Of a DNA stretch of 64,000 nt, positions 1 to 10,348 are shown one piece after another. The DNA lies in NCBI GenBank assembly GCA_022760435.1, contig JALEFY010000037.1:211944-275943 (forward strand), written 5' to 3'. The DNA is from Neomegalonema sp. (GTDB lineage: Bacteria > Pseudomonadota > Alphaproteobacteria > Rhodobacterales > Rhodobacteraceae). The first letter of the stretch is position 1. Every line of letters starts with the position of its first letter. The notes beneath the pieces are model-generated. The model worked only from the letters and a program-made list of their open reading frames with translations, did no database searches and was not told the DNA's origin. The position numbers and the translations under genes are program-made.

Positions 1-1119
1 GAACAAGCCGCCGCCCTGCGCTGTGTCGAGCATCACCCGGCTCACGGTCAGCCGATCCCTGGCGGGATCATAGGCGAGGTCGGCCTCCAGCGCTTCAACA
101 TGCAGCTTGCCGCCCGGGCCGGCCATATCGGACGCGAGAACGACAGTGCTGTCATGGGTGCTGAGCGAGGCGGAGAAAGCGGCCAGATCCCCCGTATCGA
201 GCTGCATGCGCGCCTGAGCTTGCCCGGCAACCGCCCCGCGAAATGCTTGCAGGAAATCAAGCGCCGGCACTTGCTCGGCCACCGCCGCGCCTGTCGCGCC
301 ATCGAAGGCGATCTTCAGATCGAGATGCCCGCCCTGCATGGGCCGCAGCCCCTCGACCTCCAGATTGATCTTGTTCACCCGGTCCTGACGCGAATGCAAA
401 GAGGCGCTCATGCGCGCGCTCAAGCCTTCGGGCGTGCGGGCGATCGTGGTATTGGAATTTGGCGCAAACCATGCCGCGCCGGACATCTCGTCGAGATAGG
501 TCAGCCTCGCATCGACAATCCGGATCTGCCGGAAACGTCGGAGGAGCGGCAGGGCGTTGCGATCCCCGGCCATGCCCTCGACGATATGCTTGGCGAGATC
601 GAATTCGCTCCCCAAAGGCGCATCGCCGGACGGCTCGGCTGGCTCGGGAGAGTGCGATGCGGGCCCGTCTGACTGTCCGCCCGGATCGGCTATGTCGTCT
701 CCCGCGCCCAGCGCATAACGGAACTTGCCCGAGCCCGAGCGCACCAGCATCGCTTGCGGCCGCCGCAACCGCACTTCGGTCAGCGCGATTTCTCCGCGTA
801 ACAGGAGCCCGATATCGATTTGCACCAGCGCCTCGGGCGCAGCGCTCACCAGGTGGTCTTCGTCATCGAGAAGCCGCACCTGATCGAGCCGCAGTCCGAC
901 ATCGCCGATCTCACGATCCCATATCAGCGCGGCATTTTGCACCGAGAGTTGCCAGCCGCCGAGCTGCTCATTGACAGCGCGTTGCAGTTCGGGGACCGCC
1001 GATTTCAGCGGCACCGGCCCAGCGGCAAGGCGGCCAATGCCGATCAGCACCACCGCCGAGACGAAAAGCAGCAGGAATGACAACAGATTGACGCAGCCGC
1101 GCCAGCAGAGTTTGAGCAT
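1..1119 (-). CDS. AsmA-family / DUF3971-like envelope protein, partial (C-terminus runs off the window edge)
   Basis: Minus-strand frame reads MLKLCWRGCVNLLSFLLLFVSAVVLIGIGRLAAGPVP..., i.e. an N-terminal membrane anchor followed by a long periplasmic region. It was reconstructed by reverse-translating 1..1119 and is not listed as one ORF in the track. Confidence 0.45.
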   Translation of the reverse strand, partial: MLKLCWRGCVNLLSFLLLFVSAVVLIGIGRLAAGPVPLKSAVPELQRAVNEQLGGWQLSVQNAALIWDREIGDVGLRLDQVRLLDDEDHLVSAAPEALVQIDIGLLLRGEIALTEVRLRRPQAMLVRSGSGKFRYALGAGDDIADPGGQSDGPASHSPEPAEPSGDAPLGSEFDLAKHIVEGMAGDRNALPLLRRFRQIRIVDARLTYLDEMSGAAWFAPNSNTTIARTPEGLSARMSASLHSRQDRVNKINLEVEGLRPMQGGHLDLKIAFDGATGAAVAEQVPALDFLQAFRGAVAGQAQARMQLDTGDLAAFSASLSTHDSTVVLASDMAGPGGKLHVEALEADLAYDPARDRLTVSRVMLDTAQGGGLF

Positions 1120-1378
1120 TGACCTACCTGATTGCCGCGCGGCTCGTCCTGCGTGCCTTGCGTCCGCCGTCCCGTGTTCTCAACGTCCCGTGTTCTCAAC
1201 GTCCCGTGCCGTCATTGGGCCAGAGTATCCCCTTCTCCCGAATCCAACTGCACCCGAAAACACCTGGCCCCAAAAACCAATCGCTTCGCCGACTTTCCTT
1301 TGCCCGCCCGCGGCCCTAAAATCAGGATCAGCCTGAAAACAGGACCAACATTGACGAAAACACCAGACGAGGCGGAGC

Positions 1379-1870
1379 ATGACGCAGACAGACCCTTCTT
1401 CGGTTTCCCCGATCACTCCCGAAATGGCCGCGCCCGATTTCTCCTTGCCGCGCGATGGTGGCGGCACCGTGACCCTGAGCGCGCTTCGCGGCAAGAAAGT
1501 GGTGCTGTATTTTTATCCCAAGGACGATACCAGCGGTTGCACCAAACAGGCAATCGCCTTCAGCGAACAGATCGAAGACTTCGCCGCCGCCGGTGCGATT
1601 ATCATCGGCGTTTCGCGCGATGGTGTATCCAAGCATGACAAATTCATCGCCAAGCATGATCTGAAGATCCCCCTCGCCGCGGATGAGGACGGGTCAGTCT
1701 GCGAGAGCTACGGCGTGTGGGTCGAAAAATCGATGTATGGCAAGAAATACATGGGCATCGAGCGCAGCACCTTCCTCATCGATACCGAGGGCATGGTGAA
1801 GCAGGTCTGGCGCAAGGTGAAGGTTCCCGGTCATGTTGAGAAGGTCCTCCAGGCCGTGCGTGATCTGTGA
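1379..1870 (+). CDS. bcp: thiol peroxidase Bcp (thioredoxin-dependent peroxiredoxin)
   Basis: The 163-aa product has the peroxiredoxin motif YFYPKDDTSGCTKQA and a length typical of Bcp. Confidence 0.9.
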   Translation: MTQTDPSSVSPITPEMAAPDFSLPRDGGGTVTLSALRGKKVVLYFYPKDDTSGCTKQAIAFSEQIEDFAAAGAIIIGVSRDGVSKHDKFIAKHDLKIPLAADEDGSVCESYGVWVEKSMYGKKYMGIERSTFLIDTEGMVKQVWRKVKVPGHVEKVLQAVRDL

Positions 1871-2709
1871 GCGCCGATCCGCAAAGCTTCGTTTCTCTTG
1901 CACAAGGCGCCTCGCGGATCCTGCGCGAGCCTGACCCGCTGACCAAGGCGCGGATGAGCCATGCGCTTGCTGCACAATGGTTCGCGGGCGGCTTGCCAAT
2001 CGGTCAGTCCGAGCCGCCCGACCGCCCGGCACGGCCGAGCAAGCCCGATCTGCTGGCCCCAAAGGACATGCCGCGCCGCCGCCCCGGCACCGAGAAGGGG
2101 CGCGGCGCCTTGCTCCATGCCATCGCCCATATCGAGCTCAACGCAATTGATCTGCACTGGGATATCATCGCCCGCTTCACCCATGTCCCCTTCCCGAAAG
2201 GGTTCTATGACGACTGGGCTCTGGCTGCGGATCAGGAGGCCAAACATTTTGAACTCCTGAGCGCACGGCTCGCGGCGCAAGGCATGGCCTATGGCGATCT
2301 GCCCGCCCATGACGGGCTGTGGCAAGCCGCCGAGGAGACCTGCGAGGATCTGCCAGGCCGGCTCGCCGTAGTGCCGATGGTGCTCGAGGCCCGCGGGCTC
2401 GATGTGACCCCGGACATGATCGCGCTGTTCGAGAAAACCGGGGAGAGTGAGACCGTTGCCGCGCTACAGGTTATCTATGCCGAGGAAGTCGGCCATGTCG
2501 CCTATGGGTCGAAATGGTTTCACTTCCTGTGCGGCCGCCATAATCTGGACCCAAAGGAAACATTTCATCGCCTTGTGAGACAGTATTTCAGGACGACGCT
2601 CAAACCGCCATTCAACGAAGAGAAGCGAGCAGAGGCAGGCTTGCCGCCGGATTTCTATTGGCCATTGGCCGAGGAAACCGAGGCTTCCGAAACGTCAGAG
2701 CGTGGTTAA
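1867..2709 (+). CDS. DUF455 ferritin-like family protein
   Basis: The 280-aa product has E/H-rich ferritin-like helices (HAIAHIELNAIDL..., EEVGHVAYG). A GTG start overlaps the bcp stop. Confidence 0.75.
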   Translation: MSADPQSFVSLAQGASRILREPDPLTKARMSHALAAQWFAGGLPIGQSEPPDRPARPSKPDLLAPKDMPRRRPGTEKGRGALLHAIAHIELNAIDLHWDIIARFTHVPFPKGFYDDWALAADQEAKHFELLSARLAAQGMAYGDLPAHDGLWQAAEETCEDLPGRLAVVPMVLEARGLDVTPDMIALFEKTGESETVAALQVIYAEEVGHVAYGSKWFHFLCGRHNLDPKETFHRLVRQYFRTTLKPPFNEEKRAEAGLPPDFYWPLAEETEASETSERG

Positions 2710-2845
2710 AGGCCACGCCCCCTGACGTTTTCTCTATCGCAAGGCTTACAGGGTATAAAATCCAGTTGAACGGCCAGATCGCAGCGCCTACCACTTTGGC
2801 GGGGATCGCGTAGTTGAGTCGGGTGGACGTTTTTCCGGAGGAACG

Positions 2846-4198
2846 ATGGCAGCGGGGCTGAAGGACAGGATTGGCGCAGCGTATCACCGCCTGTTCCCGA
2901 CACGCGAAGTCTATGTCCGAAGCGAAGGGCATGTTCGCTATGTGACCCTGACGCCGCGGATCCAGGTGATCGCCGCGATCACCACCATCACCCTGATCGC
3001 CTGGGCAACGACCTTTACGATTCTTTCCTATCTCTCCGACACCGAGATCGCCACCCGCGACCAGGAAATGGTCGATGTGAAGCGCGCCTATGAGGCTCGG
3101 GTCGGCAAGCTGCTGGAGCGCTATCGTCGGCTCGAATCCGAGCTTGAGGAATCAGAGCTGCGCTTTGACAAGGTGATGCGGCGCCTGTCGGGCAAGCATG
3201 GCCTGCTTGAGAACGCGGCAGGGGTCGAGCTGGCGCTGCAAGGGCGCCTCGACGCCAACCAACGGCGCCTGCGCGAGGTCACCGAGCAGCGCGATGATGC
3301 GCTGACAAAGCTCGAAGAGATCCGTTACCGCTCGCTCGAGATGGAGCGCCGCCTCGCCGATGCCCAGCGCCTCGCCGATCAGCGCCGCGCCAATCTCAAT
3401 GATTTCGTTGCCACGCTCGAGGATACCGCGACCGAACGCGACGCCGCCCGCGGCCGCGTTCAGGAACTGAGCAACGAAGTCGCGACGCTGGAAAAGAATG
3501 TCGAGGACATTCGCCGCCATCAGTCGCAGGTCATGGCTCAACTCGAGGAAGCGGCCCGCACCTCGATCGGTGAGCTGGAAAGCGTGCTCGCCAAGACCGG
3601 GGTTAATATCGATTCTCTGGTCAATGAGATCGAGCGCGCCTATCGCGGCGAGGGGGGGCCCTTTACCCCGATCGCCTACCGCGTGCCCGATGCCGCGCGC
3701 AATCTGCCCATTGCCGAACCGCGCGTCGCAGCGACACTGCACTCCTTGCAAAGGGTCAATTCCCTGCGCATCGCACTTGAAAAAGTGCCGCTGGCAAAGC
3801 CGCTGAAGGACAGCTACCGCGTCTCCTCCAGCTATGGCAAGCGCAAGAACCCGGTTACCGGTATCTGGGCAATGCATCATGGCCTGGACCTGGCCGCGCC
3901 GAAGGGCACCCGTATCTATCCGCCCGTTGATGGCACGGTTGTGTTTGCCGGGACACAAAGAGGCTACGGTAAGGTCGTAAAAATAGACCACGCACTCGGC
4001 TTTCAAACAGTGTATGGTCATATGAGCAAGATCGAGGTCCAGAAGGGCGACACTGTAACCCGAGGGACCGTCATCGGCCGTGTGGGCAATACCGGCAGAA
4101 GCACCGGGGACCATCTGCACTACGAGATCCGCCTGCATGGACGGACGCTGAACCCAAGAAAATTCATCGAGGCTGGACGATATGTTTTCCAAAAGTAA
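2846..4198 (+). CDS. bitopic M23-family metalloendopeptidase: N-terminal cytoplasmic segment, one TM, coiled-coil, C-terminal LytM/M23 domain (LmdC-like)
   Basis: TM segment VIAAITTITLIAWATTFTILSYL; a long E/R/L-rich heptad region; C-terminal M23 signature HHGLDLAA...GTVVFAG...GYGKVVKIDH...GDHLHYEIR. Confidence 0.85.
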   Translation: MAAGLKDRIGAAYHRLFPTREVYVRSEGHVRYVTLTPRIQVIAAITTITLIAWATTFTILSYLSDTEIATRDQEMVDVKRAYEARVGKLLERYRRLESELEESELRFDKVMRRLSGKHGLLENAAGVELALQGRLDANQRRLREVTEQRDDALTKLEEIRYRSLEMERRLADAQRLADQRRANLNDFVATLEDTATERDAARGRVQELSNEVATLEKNVEDIRRHQSQVMAQLEEAARTSIGELESVLAKTGVNIDSLVNEIERAYRGEGGPFTPIAYRVPDAARNLPIAEPRVAATLHSLQRVNSLRIALEKVPLAKPLKDSYRVSSSYGKRKNPVTGIWAMHHGLDLAAPKGTRIYPPVDGTVVFAGTQRGYGKVVKIDHALGFQTVYGHMSKIEVQKGDTVTRGTVIGRVGNTGRSTGDHLHYEIRLHGRTLNPRKFIEAGRYVFQK

Positions 4199-4736
4199 GA
4201 TCAACGACCCGATCGACCCGAACAAGAAAGCGGACGCAGATCACAAGCCTGCCGTGTCGGCACCGGTGACACCGGCACCGCGCGCGCCGATGGCCCCCGC
4301 CGCCGCTGCGCAAGCGCCGATGGCCGCTGGCCGTCAGCCCAAGCCCGCGCCGTCGATCATCTCGGCCGATCTCACGATCAAGGGCAATCTCGAAACCACC
4401 GGCGATATGCAGATCGAAGGCAAGATCGAAGGCGATATCCGCTCTCATCTGCTGACCATCGGCCAGAACGCGGTGGTTCGCGGTGAAATCGTCGCCGATG
4501 ATGTTGTGGTCAATGGCCGGGTCATCGGTCGGATCCGCGGCCAGAAAATCCGCCTGTCCTCCACCGCTCGCGTGGAAGGCGACATCCTGCACAAGAATAT
4601 CGCCATCGAGTCGGGCGCCCAGTTCGAAGGCTCCGTACAACGCTCGGAAGATCCGATCGGTCAGGCAGGCCCGCAAAAAAAGCTCTCGGCCCCGGCGTTT
4701 GAAGCCAATGGCGCACAGCAACCGCTCAATAGCTGA
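4182..4736 (+). CDS. bactofilin family cytoskeletal protein
   Basis: Proline/alanine-rich N-terminal tail, then the repetitive beta-helical bactofilin (DUF583) core (IEGKIEGDIRSHLLTIGQNAVVRGEIVADDVVVNGRVIGRIRGQKIRLSS...). The gene overlaps the M23 gene by 17 bp. Confidence 0.85.
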   Translation: MFSKSKINDPIDPNKKADADHKPAVSAPVTPAPRAPMAPAAAAQAPMAAGRQPKPAPSIISADLTIKGNLETTGDMQIEGKIEGDIRSHLLTIGQNAVVRGEIVADDVVVNGRVIGRIRGQKIRLSSTARVEGDILHKNIAIESGAQFEGSVQRSEDPIGQAGPQKKLSAPAFEANGAQQPLNS

Positions 4737-4767
4737 TCCGCACCGGGCCAGCCTGTAGGACAAAAGA

Positions 4768-4802
4768 AAAGCCCAGTGGCCAATGCCGCTGGGCTTTTTC
4801 TG
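4768..4802. terminator. bidirectional rho-independent terminator between the convergent bactofilin and prfB genes
   Basis: aaaagcccagtggccaatgccgctgggcttttt: a GC stem flanked by A-run and T-run on both sides. Confidence 0.7.
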
Positions 4803-4821
4803 TCACCAAGGCCGCGCGCCG

Positions 4822-5937
4822 CTACGCCTCGTCAGCGCTGCCCGCCGTGACCTTCTTGGCCAGCGAGGCCGCCAGAAACGGATCCAGATCGCCATCGAGC
4901 ACGCCCTGACTATCGGAGGTTTCAACCCCGGTGCGCAGATCCTTGACCATCTGATAGGGCTGCAACACGTAAGAGCGGATCTGATGACCCCAGCCGATCT
5001 CGGTCTTGGCCTCGAACTCCGCCGAAGCCGCCTCCTCGCGCTTTTTCATCTCCAGATCATAGAGCCGCGCCCGCAGCGCCTTCATCGCGATATCGCGGTT
5101 CTGGTGCTGCGATTTCTCCGACGATGTCACCACGATGCCAGTCGGCATGTGGGTGATCCGCACCGCCGAGTCGGTGGTGTTGACGTGCTGACCGCCCGCC
5201 CCCGACGAGCGATAGGTATCGATGCGGATATCCTTGTCCTGAATATCGATCTCGACCGTGTCGTCAATCACCGGGTACACCCAAACCGAGCTGAACGAGG
5301 TATGCCGCCGCGCCTGACTATCAAAGGGTGAGATCCGCACGAGACGGTGCACGCCGCTTTCGGTCTTCAGCCAGCCATAGGCATTTTCGCCCTTGATCTG
5401 ATAGGTCACCGATTTGATGCCCGCCTCTTCACCGGCGCTTTCCGACATCATCTCGACCTTGAAGCCGCGCTTCTCTGCCCAGCGCAGATACATGCGCGAC
5501 AGGATCGACGCCCAATCGCAAGATTCGGTCCCGCCAGCACCGGCATGGATTTCGAGGAAGGTGTCGTTGCCATCCATCTCGCCCGAGAGCAGGGCTTCGA
5601 TTTCGCGCTGCGCCGCCTCTTCCTTGACCGACAGCAAGGAGCGCTCAGCTTCGGCAATGATCTCATCATCGCCCTCGGCCTCGCCCATTTCGATCAGCTC
5701 GACATTGTCATGCAAACCGCCCTCAAGCGCCTTGTAGCCATCAATCGCATCGGACAGCTTTTGCCGATCGCGCATCAGGGCCTGAGCTTTGCTCGGGTCG
5801 TTCCACAGCTCGGGATCCTCGGACCGGGCATTGAGTTCCTCAAGGCGCAGCTCCGCATCCTCCCACCCGATCCGCGCGCGCAGGAGCTCGAGCGACTTTT
5901 CAATCTCGGTAATGAGCGATTGCGTCTCCGCCCGCAT
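4822..5937 (-). CDS. prfB: peptide chain release factor 2
   Basis: SPF and GGQ (SGAGGQHVN) motifs with RF2-type N-terminal and C-terminal sequence. The start was chosen at MRAETQ. The reading frame is contiguous through the canonical frameshift site. Confidence 0.9.
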   Translation of the reverse strand: MRAETQSLITEIEKSLELLRARIGWEDAELRLEELNARSEDPELWNDPSKAQALMRDRQKLSDAIDGYKALEGGLHDNVELIEMGEAEGDDEIIAEAERSLLSVKEEAAQREIEALLSGEMDGNDTFLEIHAGAGGTESCDWASILSRMYLRWAEKRGFKVEMMSESAGEEAGIKSVTYQIKGENAYGWLKTESGVHRLVRISPFDSQARRHTSFSSVWVYPVIDDTVEIDIQDKDIRIDTYRSSGAGGQHVNTTDSAVRITHMPTGIVVTSSEKSQHQNRDIAMKALRARLYDLEMKKREEAASAEFEAKTEIGWGHQIRSYVLQPYQMVKDLRTGVETSDSQGVLDGDLDPFLAASLAKKVTAGSADEA

Positions 5938-5957
5938 GGCTGGTCCCTCAATCAGTT

Positions 5958-5995
5958 TGGGAAAAAACAAAAACGGCCCGATACGGGCCGCGGGT
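5958..5995 (-). terminator. rho-independent terminator downstream of mrcA (minus strand)
   Basis: The reverse complement reads ggcccgtatcgggccgtttttgtttttt, a hairpin followed by a T-run. Confidence 0.55.
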
Positions 5996-6043
5996 CCGCC
6001 CCGGATAGCGCAACCGGGGCGGCAGGTCAAAGCGGATGAAAGC

Positions 6044-8770
6044 TCAGTAAACGCCGCCGGGGGTCAAACTTCCGGTCGGGCGCGGCGGACGGGGTGGCCG
6101 CGGCGCGCCCGGATCGAGCGAGCCGTCATCGCCCGTGGCCTCATTGCCTGTCGGCTCACTGCTCAGAGGCAGGCTGTCGCCGCCAAAAGCCAGCGCTTCG
6201 CCAATGGTGCGCCCACCGCGGCAAGGCTCATCCCCCTCGCGAAACGCTTCCATGATGAAATCACCGCCTTGTCGGCTTTGATCCACGCATTCGCCGTTCT
6301 GACGGTTGATCTTTTGCAAGAAGACATTGCTCGGCTTCTTGAACTCGCGCGCGGGCCGGTCGCCCTGGGCGGCCTTGATGACCTTTTCAAACACCGGTGC
6401 GCACATCGAACCGCCGGTGCCGCCGCGGCCCATCGGGCGCGGATTGTCATAGCCGATGAAGCAGCCCACCACGACATCGGCGGAGAAACCGAGGAACCAC
6501 GCATCGCGCGCCTCATTGGTGGTGCCGGTCTTGCCCGCAACCGGAAAATCGAGCGCCTTGCCGAGCCGCGAAGCGGTACCGCGCACCGTCACCCCGTTGA
6601 GCATCGAGACAATCTCATAGGCGGTTGCCGGATCCATCACCTGCTCGCCATCATCAGGCACATAGGGCTCGGCCTGCCCGCGCCACTTGTCCTGCTCACA
6701 GGCCAGGCAGATCCGGTCATCATGGCGATAGATGGTCTTGCCATGGCGGTCCTGAATGCGGTCGATCAACGTCGGCTCGATGCGTTTGCCGCCATTGGCG
6801 AACATCGCATAGGAAGACACCATCTGCATCAGCGTCGTCTCTCCCGCCCCGAGCGCATAGGAAAGATGCGGGGGCATCTCGTCATAGACGCCGAATTGCT
6901 GCGCGTATTGCGAGACCTTGCACATGCCAAAATCCATCGCCAGACGCACGGTCATGAGGTTCTGGCTATACTCGATCCCGTAACGCAGCGGGCGCGGGCC
7001 GTAGAATTTGCCCGAATAGTTCTTCGGCTTCCAGTCATCGCCCGACACTTGCGGCAGCACCACCGGCGCGTCGAGCACGATGGTGTTGGGCAGATAAGCG
7101 CTTTGCGCCTTTGATGGGTCGAGTTCCGTGACCACCTCGCCAGTGACCTGATCGGTATAGACGCAGCGCTCGGGATCCCAGTAGAGGCCCGGGAAAGTCT
7201 TGTGCTCAAGCGCGGCGGCATAGACGAAGGGCTTGAAGGAAGAGCCGGGCTGGCGCTTGGCCTGGGTCGCGCGGTTGAACACGCTCGACTGGTAGGAGAA
7301 GCCCCCCTGCATCGCCAGCACGCGGCCGGTATTGGGATCCATGGCCACGACGGCGCCGTTGATCTGCGGGATCTGCCGCATCGACCAGCGCTTGGAGCCG
7401 TCTTCGTTCTCGATCTGCTCGACAAAGATCACGTCACCGAGCGCAAACAGATCCGCTGGCGTTTTCGGTTTCTCGCCGAGGATCGGATAGCCCTTGGCGT
7501 TGTAGCCCTTGCGATCGACCGCCCAGTCCTTCACGTCCGAGAAGGGCAGATAGATCGGCTCGCCGCTCTCGATCCCCTCGATGCCGATCTGCACGCTGCG
7601 CTCACCGACCAGCAGCACCACGGCGCGGTGCCAGGGCTCAAGATCGCGGGGCAAGGAGAGATCGGCGAGCTTCTGGCGCCAATCCGCCTCGTTTTCCGGC
7701 GCCAGGTCTTCGATCCGAGCGACCGGGCCGACATAGCCGCGGGTGGTGGAATACTCGAACAACCGCGCCTGCAAGGTCTCGCGCGCCACATCCTGCAAGG
7801 CCGGGTCGACCGTCGAGCGGATCGCAAGCCCGCCGCCATAGACCGCATCCTCGCCCATTTCATCGATGAGATTGCGGCGGATTTCCTCGGCAAAATAATC
7901 GAGCCGTTGCTGCTTGCGCTCGCGCGCGGCATCCGGCTGATTGAGCAAGGTCACCAGCGGCTGCGCGAGGGCGGTCTGATATTGCTGCTCATCCAGATAC
8001 CCGTTCTCGCGCATCTCCTTGAGCACGTAATTGCGCCGATCCAGCGCTTTTTCGGGCTTGTGGACCGGGTGGATATCCGAAGGCGCCTTGGGCAGCGCCG
8101 CGATGAACGCGGCCTCATGCGGCTCGATATCCTCGAGCCGTTTGCCGAAATAATTCTCCGCTGCCGCTGTCACCCCATAGGAGCGCGCGCCCAGAAAGAT
8201 CTCGTTTAGATAGAGCTCAAGGATGCGCTCCTTGCCCACCGCCTTGTCGAGGCGCATGGCCAGGATTGCTTCGCGGATCTTGCGCTCGACCTTCTTTTCA
8301 CCCGAGAGCAGGAAGTTCTTCACCACCTGCTGGGTGATGCCCGACGCCCCACGCAGATTGCGCCCGGCGCTGGCGCGGATCACGTTATCGACCATCGCCT
8401 TGCCGAGCGCGAGCCAGTCCACGCCCTCATGGGTGTAGAAATTCTTGTCCTCGGCACTGACGAAAGCGTGCTTGATGAGCTCGGGGATCTCGTCGCTCGG
8501 TGTGAAGAGGCGCCGCTCGCGATGAAATTCGCCAAGGATATCGCCGGTCCCCGAATAGACCCGCGACAGGGTGGCAGGCTCATAGGAAGCCAGTTGCTGG
8601 GTGCTGGGCAGGTCGCGCGAGAACCAGAAAAAGAGCCCCGCCACGGCAAGCACCGCGCAGAAGAACCCTAGAATCATCAGCGAAAACAGCCCTGCAATCA
8701 GCCGCATTGGACACCCAAACCTTCTTTTGCTCAATTCGTTGCGCGCATCGGGCTCGCGCTGCGCCTTCAT
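6044..8770 (-). CDS. mrcA: penicillin-binding protein 1A (bifunctional glycosyltransferase/transpeptidase)
   Basis: 908 aa with an N-terminal TM, GT51 motifs ([29 protein letters not shown]) and transpeptidase SxxK/KTG (AGKTGTT) motifs. It ends in a Pro-rich tail. Confidence 0.92.
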   Translation of the reverse strand: MKAQREPDARNELSKRRFGCPMRLIAGLFSLMILGFFCAVLAVAGLFFWFSRDLPSTQQLASYEPATLSRVYSGTGDILGEFHRERRLFTPSDEIPELIKHAFVSAEDKNFYTHEGVDWLALGKAMVDNVIRASAGRNLRGASGITQQVVKNFLLSGEKKVERKIREAILAMRLDKAVGKERILELYLNEIFLGARSYGVTAAAENYFGKRLEDIEPHEAAFIAALPKAPSDIHPVHKPEKALDRRNYVLKEMRENGYLDEQQYQTALAQPLVTLLNQPDAARERKQQRLDYFAEEIRRNLIDEMGEDAVYGGGLAIRSTVDPALQDVARETLQARLFEYSTTRGYVGPVARIEDLAPENEADWRQKLADLSLPRDLEPWHRAVVLLVGERSVQIGIEGIESGEPIYLPFSDVKDWAVDRKGYNAKGYPILGEKPKTPADLFALGDVIFVEQIENEDGSKRWSMRQIPQINGAVVAMDPNTGRVLAMQGGFSYQSSVFNRATQAKRQPGSSFKPFVYAAALEHKTFPGLYWDPERCVYTDQVTGEVVTELDPSKAQSAYLPNTIVLDAPVVLPQVSGDDWKPKNYSGKFYGPRPLRYGIEYSQNLMTVRLAMDFGMCKVSQYAQQFGVYDEMPPHLSYALGAGETTLMQMVSSYAMFANGGKRIEPTLIDRIQDRHGKTIYRHDDRICLACEQDKWRGQAEPYVPDDGEQVMDPATAYEIVSMLNGVTVRGTASRLGKALDFPVAGKTGTTNEARDAWFLGFSADVVVGCFIGYDNPRPMGRGGTGGSMCAPVFEKVIKAAQGDRPAREFKKPSNVFLQKINRQNGECVDQSRQGGDFIMEAFREGDEPCRGGRTIGEALAFGGDSLPLSSEPTGNEATGDDGSLDPGAPRPPRPPRPTGSLTPGGVY

Positions 8771-8873
8771 TGCCGCACAGCCATTCTTGGTGAAAGCGGT
8801 AATTATGTGATCAAGTGCCTTTGCGGCGCGCCTTCGCAGATTTCACGCATAACGCGCGGCAAAAACGCCGCGG

Positions 8874-10172
8874 TCAGCGGGTGGCGCGGGCCTCGAGAAA
8901 ATGGCGCTGATCGCCGCGCGCCCAGCGACGGATCGCCTTGGCGATGGCTCCGGCGGCTTCATCCTGCCATGCCGGATTGGTCAAACGGCGCCGATCGCGC
9001 AGATTGGTGATGAAGCCGAGCTCGATCAGGATCGACGGTGTCTCGAAGGTCTTGAGCACCTTGAACCCGGCGTGACGATGCGGCCGCTTGGGCAGGAGAG
9101 GGATTTTCCCGTCCATTTCACCGACCAGCAGCCCGGCGAAACGCTCCGAGCCCTCGCCCGACGCCCGGCGCGCCAACTCGACCAGAATGGTCCGCACATC
9201 TTCTTCGTGATCGTTCATCGCATGGCCATAGAGCCGGTCCACTGCGTTCTCCTGCTCGGCGAGGCGTTCGGCCAGACGATCCGAGGCGACATGCGACAGG
9301 GTGTAGACCGAAGCCCCGGAGACATCCGGGTCGTGGATCGAGTCCGCATGCAGGGAGATGAAGAGATCGGCCCCTTGCGCCCGCGCGATGTTCACCCGCT
9401 CTTCCAGCTCGATGAAACGATCATCCTTGCGGGTCAGCACCACCCGGATGCCGCCCCCGGCTTCCAGCTCGCGGCCAAGACGGCGGGCGAAGGCAAGGAC
9501 GACCTCTTTTTCCAACACCCCATCCGCGTTCGCGCCAGAATCGCGGCCGCCATGACCAGGATCGAGCGCGACCACGAAAGTATCGGGCCGCAAGCCCGGA
9601 AGCGGCGCTTCGATCGGTGCGCCGGTTTGCGAGACCTGCACAGCTTCTTGTACCGGATCGCTCTCGTTGTCAGGCGCATCCGCTTGCTGCGGATCGGCCA
9701 GCAGATAGGACAGGTGAAAAACCGTTCCGCCCGTATCGCTCTTGCGCACACCATGCTCAAGGATCTCGACCGGACGGTTGAGATCGAGCACCAGCCGCGA
9801 TCGCCCGGCGCGAAACAGACCGACCCGCAGGCCGGCCACGTCATCATTGATCAGGGCGCTGCGATCCGCCTCCTTGATCCGCCAGGCGAGTTCAGGAAAG
9901 TCGATCACCAGACGCGAGGGACGTTCGAGCACGAAGGCCTGAAATTCCAGCGGCTCGGAAAGCGCAAGCTCGAAGCGGAAAGTCTCGCGACCTTGCGCGG
10001 CGATTTTCGGGGAAGAGGCCGCGGCCGGACCCAGAGCCGGCGCCAGTTGTGCCATCGGTTCGCGAGCCTGGGCGGTCTGGGAAAGCCCGAGCAGCAGCAC
10101 CGATGTGCAAAGCATCACCGAAAGCCTGGTCAGGAATGCATAAGAAGGGGCAAAGCAGGCTGGCACGTTCAT
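8874..10172 (-). CDS. amiC: N-acetylmuramoyl-L-alanine amidase (AmiC-type, with AMIN domain)
   Basis: Amidase_3 motifs LDPGHGGRDSGA and ADLFISLHADS. The start was chosen at MNVPA... just before the signal peptide MLCTSVLLLGLSQTAQA. The longer ORF in the track is probably an upstream extension. Confidence 0.85.
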   Translation of the reverse strand: MNVPACFAPSYAFLTRLSVMLCTSVLLLGLSQTAQAREPMAQLAPALGPAAASSPKIAAQGRETFRFELALSEPLEFQAFVLERPSRLVIDFPELAWRIKEADRSALINDDVAGLRVGLFRAGRSRLVLDLNRPVEILEHGVRKSDTGGTVFHLSYLLADPQQADAPDNESDPVQEAVQVSQTGAPIEAPLPGLRPDTFVVALDPGHGGRDSGANADGVLEKEVVLAFARRLGRELEAGGGIRVVLTRKDDRFIELEERVNIARAQGADLFISLHADSIHDPDVSGASVYTLSHVASDRLAERLAEQENAVDRLYGHAMNDHEEDVRTILVELARRASGEGSERFAGLLVGEMDGKIPLLPKRPHRHAGFKVLKTFETPSILIELGFITNLRDRRRLTNPAWQDEAAGAIAKAIRRWARGDQRHFLEARATR

Positions 10173-10348
10173 GCGCCCCCACGCTCCCTTGTCCTTCTTG
10201 GCCCTTGCAAGCCCTCTGACCATGCCAACCAACCAGATCATTACGCCCATCCCACTCGCCTGACCGCTCACGATATCCAAACCGGACCGGCCCTTCACCC
10301 GTGCATCCACCCGCTCCGCCTATACGCCGCCGACTGCTCCAGTCGGTG

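Noticed and set aside
3152-4225. 357-aa minus-strand ORF
   Set aside because: Antisense to the M23 peptidase gene, which has clear domain signatures.
4822-6030. Search for the prfB programmed frameshift, and the longer 402-aa track ORF
   Set aside because: The RF2 N-terminus is contiguous from MRAETQ (5937). There is no CTT TGA C site, and the upstream in-frame extension is not conserved RF2 sequence.
5789-7114. 441-aa plus-strand ORF
   Set aside because: Entirely antisense to prfB/mrcA. Its Arg/Ala-rich composition is typical of a spurious high-GC antisense frame.
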